A DNA stretch of 64,000 bases from an uncultured archaeon (GCA_964508365.1 CAZDTP010000014.1:1-64000), one strand, 5' to 3'; positions 35,051-45,400 are shown, counted from the stretch's first letter. Notes: a model not told the origin generated them from the sequence alone. Made by a program: numbers and translations.

Positions 35051-38000
35051 TTGGTAAGTAAATTGCCTAGTCCAAAAAAAACCAAGAAAAAAACGCCTAT
35101 TGATGAAAAGCAAAGCTCTCTTTCTTCATTCGTAGAAAAAAAAGAAACTAAGAAGGAAGAAGAAAGCAGTAGGATATTAAAAGAAGAAATAAAGGAACCG
35201 ATAGACCAATTAAAAACCCAAATACCCCCTAAAACAAAGGATATAGACGAAAAAATAAAAGCAAAAGAAAAACCGGCGTTAAAAAAAGTTACAAAGAAGG
35301 TTTATTTCAAGAGTAATGGTACACCCTTTGGCTTAAAAGAAGATGGTATACAACTGCGAGATATTAAAAGAGAATCTGTAAGTTCGAAATATATTCGCTA
35401 TCTAATTGAAAGGGGAGAAATCGTAGAAGATTTGGAAAGAGGTTTGCTTTTAGATGTAGATTATGATGGTGGATTAAATAAAGCTTATTGTAAATTTTAC
35501 GATTTGGATACCAACGATATAAAAATATGGATTGATACAACCGACCACGAGCCTTATTGTTTGAGTAAAGAACCAATTTCAATACTTGAACAGCTAACTT
35601 ATAAAGATCAAGGGGGGAAGATAAATAAGCTTGTAAATTACGAGGGTTTTAAACGATTCGAAGAAATTAAGAAGTTTGATTTGCTTAGCGATAAAGAAAT
35701 ACCTATAACGAAGATATATGGAAAAACTCCTATAGATATAGGAGGATCTGGACTGAATATTAAAAATATCCTAGCTGAAAACGAGAAAAAAGCGTGGGAA
35801 GCAGATATTCGATACCATTTAAATTACATTTTAGATCGACAGTTAATCCCGGGACTCATTTATCGAATTAATAGTGGTAAACTTAAAAAAATTGATTTTA
35901 AAGAAAGTTCTGAAGAAACTAAGAAGTTAACAAACGAACTAAGAACTCTGTTTAAAGATGAAAAGCCAGAAATGCAAGAATTTTCTGAGAAGTTCATAGA
36001 TATTTTCCTTACACCCATTCCTGATGTGAAACGTTTAGCGATGGATATCGAAGTAAAAATAGGAGAACAGGATTATAGTATTCCCGATGCTCACCTTGCA
36101 AAACAAGAAATTATTTCCATATCATTTGTAGCTTCAGACGGTTTAAAATTGGTGTATATTTTAGAGCGCGAAGAATTTACTTTTGATAAACTCCATGCAG
36201 AATTCCCAAATGACGCAAAACTCTACTTCTTTAAATCTGAAAAGGAATTATTAATTGAATCCTTTAGAATTTTATGGGAATACCCTGTGATTATTACATT
36301 TAATGGAGACAATTTTGATTTAAATTATATGTTTCACAGAGCAGAAAGATTGAAAATAGACAAAGATTTGAATCCAATACATGTAAAAAGGGGTTTTGGA
36401 ATAATGGCGAAGTCAGAATGCGATTTAAGGAAAGGAATCCATATAGATATTTTTAACTTTTTCTTTAATCGAAGTATTTCAGGATACGCATTTGGTGGAT
36501 CCTATCAAAATGCTTCCTTAAATGCTATCAGCGAAGCGTTATTAGGTGAAAAAAAATACGAGCACGAAGAAGACATTCACGATATGGAATACGATGTTCT
36601 TTCTTGGTATAATCTTAAAGATTCAATATTAACTTTAGATTTAACTAAATTCAATAATTCCTTAGTATGGAATTTGATCATACTACTATGCAGGATAACA
36701 AAATTGCCGATTCACGATATGATACGCAGGCAAATTTCGACATGGATACAAAATATCTTCTACTTCGAGCATCGTAGAAAAGAAATTCTCATTCCGAGAA
36801 AATCCGAAATATCAGAGGCTAAGAAAGGCGGAGAATTAATGTCAAAATTTGACGATAAGAAATTTCAAGGTGCTTATGTTGTTGAACCTGTTCCTGGAAT
36901 TCATTACAATGTAGTTGTTATGGATTTTTCTTCCTTATATCCTTCTATCATAAAAGAATTTAATTTATCTTATGAAACTGTTCTCTGTCCTCACAAAGAT
37001 GACGAAGATAACCTAATAAAAGGAACTCCGTATCATATCTGTACTCATAAAATGGGGATCTTTGCTTATGTGGTTGGTTTTTTCCGGGATACAAGAGTAA
37101 AATACTTTAAACCGAAATCAAGCGATAAAACTCTAACTCAAAAACAGAGAAGCTATTATAATACTATCCAACAAGCGCTTAAAGTGTTCATTAACGCAAG
37201 TTATGGTGTATTTGGATCTCAAAATTTCCCCCTGTTTTGTTTACCTGTCGCAGAAAGTACAACAGGAATTGGTCAATACTCTATAAAACAGACGATACTG
37301 AAAGCAGAAGAACTTGGAGTTAAAGTGCTTTATGGGGATACAGATAGCGTTTTTCTTCTCAATCCATCTAGTTCTCAGATGAAAGAAATATCAGATTGGA
37401 GCAAAAAAGAACTAGATTTAGATTTAGAAGAAGAAAAAACGTACCAATTCTTAGCTCTTTCACAAAGAAAAAAAAATTATATAGGAATATACAAAGATAC
37501 TAAATTTGTTGATATTAAAGGATTGGTAGTAAAAAAGAAAAATACACCAGATTTTATTAAAAAAGTTTTCAGTCAACTGATAGAAATTCTTAAAAAAATT
37601 ACTAACGATGAAGAGTTTAAATTAGCGAAGAAGAATATTATAGAAATTGTGAAAAGTAATATGAAAAAAATAGGACAAGCTGACGCTTTCACATTAGAAG
37701 ATTACGCCATAAATATCGGTTTACAAAAAAGCCTTAGCAACTATACAAAAGTTATACCTCAGCATGTTAGAGCTGCTAACGCATTCATAGAGATGGAACT
37801 CAACCAAGCACAAGCTAACGCAAGCGATGCTGAAATTCATGCAGCTGAAATTCATGCAATTAAAAACAAGTATCAAAAAGGAGATACAATAAAATTCATA
37901 AAAAGCAAAGGATCCGTTGGAGCAAAAGTTATTGAGATGGCAAAACTTCAAGATATAGATTCCCAAAAGTATCGTGAGCTTTTAAAATCAGCATTAGAGC

Positions 38001-38071
38001 AAGTTTTAGACGCTCTTGATATATCATTCGAAGAAATTAAGGGTATTAAGAAAATGGATGCTTTTTTTTAA
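35051..38071 (+). CDS. polB1: Family B DNA polymerase, PolB1 group, exonuclease intact
   Basis: ExoI DIEV, ExoII FNGDNFD, ExoIII YNLKD; DFSSLYPSII..NLSYETV, KVFINASYG, YGDTDS. N-terminal LLDVDYDG...HEPY is typical of PolB1. Confidence 0.92.
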   Translation: MVSKLPSPKKTKKKTPIDEKQSSLSSFVEKKETKKEEESSRILKEEIKEPIDQLKTQIPPKTKDIDEKIKAKEKPALKKVTKKVYFKSNGTPFGLKEDGIQLRDIKRESVSSKYIRYLIERGEIVEDLERGLLLDVDYDGGLNKAYCKFYDLDTNDIKIWIDTTDHEPYCLSKEPISILEQLTYKDQGGKINKLVNYEGFKRFEEIKKFDLLSDKEIPITKIYGKTPIDIGGSGLNIKNILAENEKKAWEADIRYHLNYILDRQLIPGLIYRINSGKLKKIDFKESSEETKKLTNELRTLFKDEKPEMQEFSEKFIDIFLTPIPDVKRLAMDIEVKIGEQDYSIPDAHLAKQEIISISFVASDGLKLVYILEREEFTFDKLHAEFPNDAKLYFFKSEKELLIESFRILWEYPVIITFNGDNFDLNYMFHRAERLKIDKDLNPIHVKRGFGIMAKSECDLRKGIHIDIFNFFFNRSISGYAFGGSYQNASLNAISEALLGEKKYEHEEDIHDMEYDVLSWYNLKDSILTLDLTKFNNSLVWNLIILLCRITKLPIHDMIRRQISTWIQNIFYFEHRRKEILIPRKSEISEAKKGGELMSKFDDKKFQGAYVVEPVPGIHYNVVVMDFSSLYPSIIKEFNLSYETVLCPHKDDEDNLIKGTPYHICTHKMGIFAYVVGFFRDTRVKYFKPKSSDKTLTQKQRSYYNTIQQALKVFINASYGVFGSQNFPLFCLPVAESTTGIGQYSIKQTILKAEELGVKVLYGDTDSVFLLNPSSSQMKEISDWSKKELDLDLEEEKTYQFLALSQRKKNYIGIYKDTKFVDIKGLVVKKKNTPDFIKKVFSQLIEILKKITNDEEFKLAKKNIIEIVKSNMKKIGQADAFTLEDYAINIGLQKSLSNYTKVIPQHVRAANAFIEMELNQAQANASDAEIHAAEIHAIKNKYQKGDTIKFIKSKGSVGAKVIEMAKLQDIDSQKYRELLKSALEQVLDALDISFEEIKGIKKMDAFF
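37829..37858 (+). repeat. Perfect 15-bp tandem duplication inside polB1 (AEIHA x2)
   Basis: GCTGAAATTCATGCA repeated twice in frame. Confidence 0.9.
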
Positions 38072-38147
38072 ATAACTCAATTCGAGTTAATTTCTGCTTA
38101 ATGAATCTTTATAAATATTCAAGTTCAATAGATTTGATAGTACGCCC

Positions 38148-39230
38148 TTATAGAATAATGTAAAATACGGTCATAATTAAACCGCATAAGATTGGATTCA
38201 AAATATTGTCATCAATCTTTAAACTTAACAAATCAATTAGTAAAAATACTAGAGCGCCACTTAGTGACATTATAATAATTTTAAAGGGATTTAAATATGA
38301 TTCAAAGAGCCATAATGCAAATAAACTTGCTCCAAATGAAGCTAAAAATCCTGAGATATATCCAACTATCGTTTTACTACTTGTTTTCGGAAAATGGTGT
38401 CGTCCAAAACTAACTCCCATAATAGAAGCTACACCATCGCCAATACTTGTTATTAGCGCTGCCGCAGTAAAAATTCCAAAAGGAAGGAATAGTATTGGGA
38501 CCAGTGAGAGGACCAATACTACATTTTTGGTGAATTCGTAGTTTTCATTCCTTTTAAGAGTTTTAATTAATAAATTTGATAGACAATCGGGTAGAAGATG
38601 ATATAAATTTGAATTTTCGAAAATAAAAGATAAACGAACGAAATCTAAACCTGCAAATAATATCACTCCCGTATATCCAATTGTTAAGATCAAAAACATT
38701 CCATATTCATATCCTGATATACCATATATTTCGTCAGCATTCCACAATCCATCCCATATATCTATAGCGAAAATCCGTAATATTATTATAATTAAACCGG
38801 GGAGTAAATGAAAGATTTTCCTATGAAAATCAGTCCTTAACGAGTAGGATTTGTTATTTATTTGATTTCTATTCACCAGATTGTATTTTTCAAGGAATTT
38901 TTCAATAGTTCGGTTTTCTCTGAGCTCTGGTTTATCCTTTAAAACCACTTTATATTGGTATAATAAAATTAAGAACACTAATAACGGTGCGAAAATGCAT
39001 ATAATAGACATCGAAAAAGATTGGTGAAATTGGACGAATTTATTATCCAAAAGATAAAAATAAGGATATAAAACACCTGATATTATCCATAATAAAAAAA
39101 TTATAAACGAATTGATGAAAATATGGTCCTTTGGGAACTCCTTTTTCAATTTAATCGCAAAAAATAACTGACCAAATCCTATCGCAATAAATAATATCGT
39201 AATAGGTAAAGTAATTAAATTGAAAACCAT
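38148..39230 (-). CDS. CTP-dependent polyprenol/phytol/dolichol kinase-like membrane protein
   Basis: RKIFHL, SIGDGVASIMGVSFG, KTIVGYISG, DDNILNP. Confidence 0.78.
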   Translation of the reverse strand: MVFNLITLPITILFIAIGFGQLFFAIKLKKEFPKDHIFINSFIIFLLWIISGVLYPYFYLLDNKFVQFHQSFSMSIICIFAPLLVFLILLYQYKVVLKDKPELRENRTIEKFLEKYNLVNRNQINNKSYSLRTDFHRKIFHLLPGLIIIILRIFAIDIWDGLWNADEIYGISGYEYGMFLILTIGYTGVILFAGLDFVRLSFIFENSNLYHLLPDCLSNLLIKTLKRNENYEFTKNVVLVLSLVPILFLPFGIFTAAALITSIGDGVASIMGVSFGRHHFPKTSSKTIVGYISGFLASFGASLFALWLFESYLNPFKIIIMSLSGALVFLLIDLLSLKIDDNILNPILCGLIMTVFYIIL

Positions 39231-39280
39231 ATTCTAATTAAATTTCAATATAAAAAATAATTTGTGAAATTGTATTAAGC

Positions 39281-39553
39281 TTAATTTTTTATCTCGACAA
39301 ACATTAAAGCCATGTTTTTAGGGAATAACCCCACTCTATCACCATCTCTAACTTCCTTACCGATTCCACAGTATTTACCATTTATAAAAATGTGACTAAG
39401 TTCATTTTCATTAATTCCATACTTCTCAAGGATATCATATATATAATGAACGCTATTACTGTCAATACTATAGGTAGCAGGGAGCCCCTTTTCAAAGTTA
39501 AGATCCTTTAGATGCTCTCTTAATCTTCCATATAACTTAATTAGTAATGGCAT
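39281..39553 (-). CDS. MoaD/ThiS-type beta-grasp (ubiquitin-like) protein without C-terminal GG
   Basis: IKLYGRLRE...IFING...VRDGDRVGLFP; ends NMALMFVEIKN. Confidence 0.75.
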   Translation of the reverse strand: MPLLIKLYGRLREHLKDLNFEKGLPATYSIDSNSVHYIYDILEKYGINENELSHIFINGKYCGIGKEVRDGDRVGLFPKNMALMFVEIKN

Positions 39554-39655
39554 CTCTAAAACACATTCATTAAATCAACAAGAAAAATAAAATAAAAACA
39601 TCGGGTTTAATTTAATATTAAAAGAAAATAATAAAATATAATTATAAAATAATAT

Positions 39656-39943
39656 TTAAAGTCCAAATAATAAGACTCCATCTAAAAATTCGTGAACTTT
39701 TTTCAAATTTTCTTCGCCGAGGGCTTTGTCCACTTGGATTTTCACATCTAAAATAGTGCTTACTACTTGAACTATTCCATTCTGAATCGTGCTATTAAAT
39801 TGTGATTTTTTTTGATTTTTCTTTTTAAAATATTCTATGCGCTCCATCATTGCGTTTTGATATTCTTCAGCCGTGGATGTTTTGAGTTCTACGAGCTTTC
39901 GCAACTTCAATCCATCTTTGGTCTCGATTACTTCATCCACCAT
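39656..39943 (-). CDS. Hypothetical protein translationally coupled to tes
   Basis: ATG directly follows the tes stop (TGAATG). Confidence 0.65.
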   Translation of the reverse strand: MVDEVIETKDGLKLRKLVELKTSTAEEYQNAMMERIEYFKKKNQKKSQFNSTIQNGIVQVVSTILDVKIQVDKALGEENLKKVHEFLDGVLLFGL

Positions 39944-41686
39944 TCATTCTTCACCTAACTCCGTTTTTCTCATTCCTCCGTTCTGAGCGACTTCCTGTTG
40001 AATCTCTTCTCGCGTTTGACCCCTTGTAGTGTCGAACTCTTCTCTGATTTTTTGCGTAATTTTTTTAGCTACTTGTTTCTCGATACTCTCACGATGGATC
40101 GTGTTCATTGTGCAAAAACTTATCTCCTTAACAGAGCCATCGGGCATTGCTACGCCGAAATGAACGATACACCTTTTAACGCGCTCTATATCCAAGTTAT
40201 ATGCGTCTTGAAAGTGCATACTCGATAAAAGTAACGTACCGTGAGTGAATGAACTAATACTTTCCCAATCACCATTCAGTAATAATCTACTAAACATTTC
40301 CATGAGTTTTCCAGGTTTCTTGGTATATTGTATTATCCCTAATAAGAATCGGGCTCGAAGTTGTGTTTTATCTAAAAATTCAAGACCACTATCTAAAGTT
40401 TTACCTATGTCGCCTAACATTCCTTCAAAGAATTTAATTGGTTGTTTTTCTTTATGTTTCACTTTTTCCCAAAATCGGTTGGCAAAATCGATGACTTTCA
40501 GAGGATCGAAGTAATCCATAATAGGAACCATTTCTTTCGTGTCGGGATCTACAACCAAATAAGTCGCAAAACCACAGTCAGGCGAGCATGTAAATTCAAT
40601 GGATTCTACATTAGCGAGATAAGATATTAGTCTCCCAAATTCAACGATGGTTGATAAAGGATACCATGCTTCGTCCATTCTAATTTTACCGCCAGTCTGA
40701 TTTTCGATTTCCTGAATCACATCAGCGTTAGTAATTCGTAATTCGTTCATCTCTTCAGCTGCAATACGACCGCATAAGGACACAGGTTGGAAGGTAATCC
40801 CTCTTACAACATCAATATTATCAAGAGCAAACTGGATGATATTTCCAACTTCAATATCTGTAATCCCTTTGACAATAGTAGCTACTAAATTAATGGATGA
40901 TAATCCCACTTTTCTACAGTTTTCTACAACGCGCATCTTATATGGCATTAAATTCTTAATGCCTCGTGTCTTCTCGTAAGTTGCATTATTTATCCCATCA
41001 AACTGTAAATATAAAGTATCTAACCCCATTTCATATACTTTCTCAGTCCACTCAAGTCCACCGTCTTTTTTCTGGAATCCATACCCGTTTGTAGCGACTA
41101 TTACTTCTTTAAATCCATTATCTTTTGCCATTTTACAAATTTCAGGGAAATCCTTTCGAACTGTTGGTTCACCACCAGTAAACATAATAGCAACCGCAGG
41201 AATTGGTTTGCTTCTGAAGTGCTTCATTATTCTATCGATTTCTTCTAACGAAGGTTCAACTAAATATCCCGATTTTTGGACATTCGCATAACAGAAATTG
41301 CAATTAAAATTACAACGATTTGTTAAATCTATTAATGCCAAACTACAAGTTGATAAATGTTCACTACAAAGGCCACAATTATAGGGGCACCCTCTTTCGT
41401 CGTCTGCAGCACAGTCGGGAGGATTCGCTTCTCCATCTTTTTCGAATTGCCAAGCGATTGTGCCATCTTTATTTTTCATCTGGAAATGAGTCCATTTATA
41501 GTATTTCGCGTTGGAACTAATAATATCCTTAAAATCGCCGTGTTCGGGGCAATTTTTAACCATGAATATTTTTCCATCCTCTTCTTGAACAACAGCGGGT
41601 ATTCGTTCTAAGCATTCTGGACAGACCGATGCGGTCTTTCTATAGTATTTTTCGTCTAAAACATCTGTTCCATCTAAATGATACAT
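39944..41686 (-). CDS. tes: Radical SAM tetraether lipid synthase (Tes/GDGT-MAS, MJ0619 family)
   Basis: Rubredoxin-like CPEC..CPEHG, CPYNCGLC..H, CNFNCNFC, GGEPT, LQFDG, FQPVS, MHFQDAYN.D.ERV.RC and FC motifs, colinear with MJ0619 as recalled. Confidence 0.85.
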   Translation of the reverse strand: MYHLDGTDVLDEKYYRKTASVCPECLERIPAVVQEEDGKIFMVKNCPEHGDFKDIISSNAKYYKWTHFQMKNKDGTIAWQFEKDGEANPPDCAADDERGCPYNCGLCSEHLSTCSLALIDLTNRCNFNCNFCYANVQKSGYLVEPSLEEIDRIMKHFRSKPIPAVAIMFTGGEPTVRKDFPEICKMAKDNGFKEVIVATNGYGFQKKDGGLEWTEKVYEMGLDTLYLQFDGINNATYEKTRGIKNLMPYKMRVVENCRKVGLSSINLVATIVKGITDIEVGNIIQFALDNIDVVRGITFQPVSLCGRIAAEEMNELRITNADVIQEIENQTGGKIRMDEAWYPLSTIVEFGRLISYLANVESIEFTCSPDCGFATYLVVDPDTKEMVPIMDYFDPLKVIDFANRFWEKVKHKEKQPIKFFEGMLGDIGKTLDSGLEFLDKTQLRARFLLGIIQYTKKPGKLMEMFSRLLLNGDWESISSFTHGTLLLSSMHFQDAYNLDIERVKRCIVHFGVAMPDGSVKEISFCTMNTIHRESIEKQVAKKITQKIREEFDTTRGQTREEIQQEVAQNGGMRKTELGEE

Positions 41687-41960
41687 ATTTAAGTTTACAC
41701 CTTTATGTAAAATATTGATTTTAAGTTTAATTAAACAAAAATAGGTTTTAAGCTATTTAAATATAATCAGATATCTATTATTATTAATAATATTAAAGTT
41801 AGTAATAAGTTTTACATACTAAGATCGTAGCCCCTTCAGCTATTTTATTAGATATATTTAAAAATAAAATAATTATTCAAAGTTTAAACGTTTTAGTAGT
41901 ACTGTTATACTTATTTTGTATCTTTTTAACAGCGTATATTTTTCCCTCTGTTATTAGATA

Positions 41961-43028
41961 TTAAAATTCACTATTTCTTCTTTTAGCTTCAAGTATTGCT
42001 ACTCCCATATCAAACACTCTGTTAAATGGTTCCTCACCATCTTCTCTTAGTTTCAAGCTAATTGCTTCTTCTTGACAAACACTGGCACATAAACCGCATC
42101 CAAGGCATAAATCCCGATTCACTATTGCAATATCTTCTATAGTTATAGCTTTAACCGGACACCTTTCAAGGCAATTTCCGCAAGCAATACATGCTTCTTC
42201 ATCGATAATTGATTCAAACACCGCATTCATGAATTTTTGCTTATCTTGTCCAAATTGAGTTATACCTTTCATGGAGGCACAACAACAAGGGCAACAATTA
42301 CAGATATTAGAGAGGTGTTTTGAATTTGCTCCAGCATGAACTAAACCAGATTCATCTGCTTCTTTAATGATTTGAATTGCTTCTTCAGCTGTTATTTTTC
42401 TTCCTATATTGTTTTCTATATAATATTCAGCAGCAGTTCCAAAGCTTAAGCAAGTTTCCATAGGGTGATCACATCCTTCACCTAATAACTGCGATTCTTT
42501 TCTACAAATGCAGTCAGTTACAGCAATAACCCGCGCATTTCTTATTGATTCTTTAAGCATTAGATACGGAAAAAGCGTGGTATCAGTTTTAATAGTCTCT
42601 TCTAAGGGAATCACTTTAAAGCCAGGAATATTACTAGCACCTATCTCTTCAAGGCCCGCTGTATAGTAATATTCTTTAAAAAGTTGAGCTAGTTCTTTAT
42701 CAATTTTTTTGATAGAGTATTCATACAAGCCTATCATAAAAGGAGCAGCATTAAAGAGAGTTTTTTCATCTCGCCGTGATCGAAAAATAAGTCCTTTCTT
42801 TGCCATTACTTCAAGCTTGTCTTCTATTTCAACTAAAGCTTTACCTACTCTTTTTGCAATACTATGAGCTCCTTCGGGTCTTATAGTTAGGAATGTAGCC
42901 AATTCAGCTTCTTCTTCAGTAAAAAGACGCCTTAAGATTTCAATTTCAACTCCAGATTGCGTTTTACGAAAACCTATTGGAAATTGATCAAGGAACTTTC
43001 TTAATTTCTCATACGAATTTACAGTCAT
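41961..43028 (-). CDS. Fe-S protein, same family as 25925..28146 (copy 3)
   Basis: CICR, CNCCPCCC, CIACGNCLERCP, CLGCGLCASVC. Confidence 0.85.
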   Translation of the reverse strand: MTVNSYEKLRKFLDQFPIGFRKTQSGVEIEILRRLFTEEEAELATFLTIRPEGAHSIAKRVGKALVEIEDKLEVMAKKGLIFRSRRDEKTLFNAAPFMIGLYEYSIKKIDKELAQLFKEYYYTAGLEEIGASNIPGFKVIPLEETIKTDTTLFPYLMLKESIRNARVIAVTDCICRKESQLLGEGCDHPMETCLSFGTAAEYYIENNIGRKITAEEAIQIIKEADESGLVHAGANSKHLSNICNCCPCCCASMKGITQFGQDKQKFMNAVFESIIDEEACIACGNCLERCPVKAITIEDIAIVNRDLCLGCGLCASVCQEEAISLKLREDGEEPFNRVFDMGVAILEAKRRNSEF

Positions 43029-43088
43029 AGCACTAAAACTATTGTTTTCTTCTATTATCTAATATTTATTATAATTTAAAAATAAAGG

Positions 43089-44480
43089 TTAGGTAAATTT
43101 CTCTGTTAACGAGTTTGTGAGTTCACTTAATTTTTTAGAAATTCTAACTTTAAATACGTGATTCTCATCCAATTCTTTAAATTTATTTGGCAATTTTTCA
43201 ATATTTTCTTTATAATATTGTTGAATATTATTCAGTTCAGGTAATTCTGTTATTAGAATTCCTTCTTTCATCACAGGAATAAGAAGTGCTTCTGAATTTG
43301 GAGGTGCTGGTTCATTATCTAACATTAATATATCTTCTTTAAACCCTCCTTGCTTATTATAAATTCTGTAGATTTGCTTTTTACTAGGGTAAGTTAATTT
43401 GTCTTCACTTATTTTAATTTTAGGTTTATGGTTATATTCTATCAGCTTATAAACGCCCGCTATGGTTGGATCGTCGCGAGAAGTAGCTAATTCTGTTCCA
43501 ACTCCAAAAGCATCTATGGGGGCGTTACTCTCTAAGATTTTTTTAATTTTATATTCGTTCAGATCTGAGCTCGCAACGATTAGCACTTTTTCACATCCAT
43601 TTTCATCTAAAATTTTTCTCACTTTTTTGGCGTGCTCAATAAGATTACCTGAGTCAATTCTTACAGCTTTAATCGAGTTTTTAAACTTAGAAATCTTTTT
43701 AGCTGCTTGTTCTGTATCGTAGGTATCAATTAAGAGGATGGTATTATCTCCGTAAATATTCTTATAAACATCGAAACTCTCCAGTTCATTATCAAATCTT
43801 TGGATGAAACTATGAGCCATTGTCCCGCTTGAATTAATACCTAGTTCAATATCAGCGATTACATTACTAGTGCCGTTAAAACCAGCAATATAACTAGCTC
43901 TAGCAGCGTAAACGCCAGCAAGGGGACTGTGCGATCTTCGCGTACCAAACTCTAACAATGTCTTATCTTGGGCTACGTTTCTTATTCGAGAAGCTTTCGA
44001 CGCAACAAGAGTCTGATAATTAACAACATTTAAAATATAAGTTTCAACTAATTGTGCGTGGAACATCGGGCCCTGAATCTTCATAATAGGCTCGTTAGGA
44101 AAGAAGAAATTACCTTCCCTCATTGCCCACACATCTAATTTAATTTTAAAATTAGGTAAATAATCGTCAAAAAAACTAGAATCGATTTTTTTGAAAACTT
44201 CTTTTTTTCTTAGAAAATGTATCGTTTTTTCAGTAAATCTTGCATTCTGAAGATAATGAATCACCTGCTCTAAACCAGCAAAAATTAAGTAATTACGATT
44301 TTTTGGATATTTCCTAATAAAAAGATCAAAAACAGCAATATCATCCTCTTCTTTAATATTATTATCGAGATTATATTGATAATAAGCTGCGCCCATTGTT
44401 AGTTCGTAAAAATCGATGCTTAAGATTAAATTTTGGTCGTTGATGAATCCTGATTTTGAATTTTTCATTATTATCATCAA
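43089..44480 (-). CDS. pncB: Nicotinate phosphoribosyltransferase
   Basis: DFYELTM, EFGTRRSH, GTSNV, GTMAHSFI, LIDTYD, RIDSG, FGVGT, GVYKL. Confidence 0.93.
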   Translation of the reverse strand: MMIIMKNSKSGFINDQNLILSIDFYELTMGAAYYQYNLDNNIKEEDDIAVFDLFIRKYPKNRNYLIFAGLEQVIHYLQNARFTEKTIHFLRKKEVFKKIDSSFFDDYLPNFKIKLDVWAMREGNFFFPNEPIMKIQGPMFHAQLVETYILNVVNYQTLVASKASRIRNVAQDKTLLEFGTRRSHSPLAGVYAARASYIAGFNGTSNVIADIELGINSSGTMAHSFIQRFDNELESFDVYKNIYGDNTILLIDTYDTEQAAKKISKFKNSIKAVRIDSGNLIEHAKKVRKILDENGCEKVLIVASSDLNEYKIKKILESNAPIDAFGVGTELATSRDDPTIAGVYKLIEYNHKPKIKISEDKLTYPSKKQIYRIYNKQGGFKEDILMLDNEPAPPNSEALLIPVMKEGILITELPELNNIQQYYKENIEKLPNKFKELDENHVFKVRISKKLSELTNSLTEKFT

Positions 44481-44482
44481 TT

Positions 44483-45400
44483 TTATTTCTTTTTTAACCC
44501 AGTAACTCTCTTTAACATAAATCCTAAAAATCTATCCTTATTTACTCCGCCATTAAAGGTAATTTTATCTCCTAATTTAAAGTTGTCGCTCGTATAAAGT
44601 TTTTCACTTACTCTTATTTTTATCTCATCCACAGTTTCTATATCATCTTTTCGATAATCACTTTTCTTTTTCAATTGAGGTCCAAATTCAATATCCTTTA
44701 CAGTTATCAGATAATAGGTAGTTAAATTCCCTTGGAAGTCATCTTCTTTTTCTGCTATATCTGTGATTTCGGCTTCATAGATTGTAATCCTATTATGTTT
44801 CGCTAAAAGAGAACTTGGGGTACCCTCGTTATATAATTTACCATCCTTAATCAATATCTTTTCGACTTTCTTTTCAAAATCTTTTGGTAAGGCAGTAAAT
44901 TTCCAATCTGATAATTTAAAGTAATTATTCTTTAAGGAATAAATAAATCCGATCCAAAAATGATTGCATAACCCCATATTTGAGCCTATTCTACAATCGC
45001 AATCACGTTCAGGATCGTTCATGTTTTGTGTAGTTATCGATAAATATGAACTTACTTCCCAATTAAAACCTTTGAATTTTAACTCAATCTCATGGTCCTT
45101 ATCATTAATAACCTTTATTTCAGTAATAGATTCTCGGTCTTCGCCGTTTATTTTTGCAATTGCGGTCTGGATTTCTTTCGAAATAATTTCTACTTCCTTT
45201 TGTTTTAACAATTCTTTCAGTTCTTCCTCAGCCAAAGAATCTAGTATATAATCGATTAATTCTAATTTTTTAAATTTTGAAAATCCTTTAATACCAATAT
45301 CTCTACAGATGCTTTTTAAACCATCGGCATTTAAAGATTGGAGTAAATATTTCAAATATGTCTTATCGTCTAGTTTTTTGCTCAAATTTTTCACTCTCAA
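44483..45400 (-). CDS. HeH/SAP-like + SWIM zinc finger + probable OB-fold protein
   Basis: LNADGLKSICRDIGIKGFSKFKKLELIDYI (helix-extension-helix), CDCRIGSNMGLCNH (CxC-x7-CxH), beta-rich C-terminus ending FKLGDKITFNG. Confidence 0.7.
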   Translation of the reverse strand: MRVKNLSKKLDDKTYLKYLLQSLNADGLKSICRDIGIKGFSKFKKLELIDYILDSLAEEELKELLKQKEVEIISKEIQTAIAKINGEDRESITEIKVINDKDHEIELKFKGFNWEVSSYLSITTQNMNDPERDCDCRIGSNMGLCNHFWIGFIYSLKNNYFKLSDWKFTALPKDFEKKVEKILIKDGKLYNEGTPSSLLAKHNRITIYEAEITDIAEKEDDFQGNLTTYYLITVKDIEFGPQLKKKSDYRKDDIETVDEIKIRVSEKLYTSDNFKLGDKITFNGGVNKDRFLGFMLKRVTGLKKK

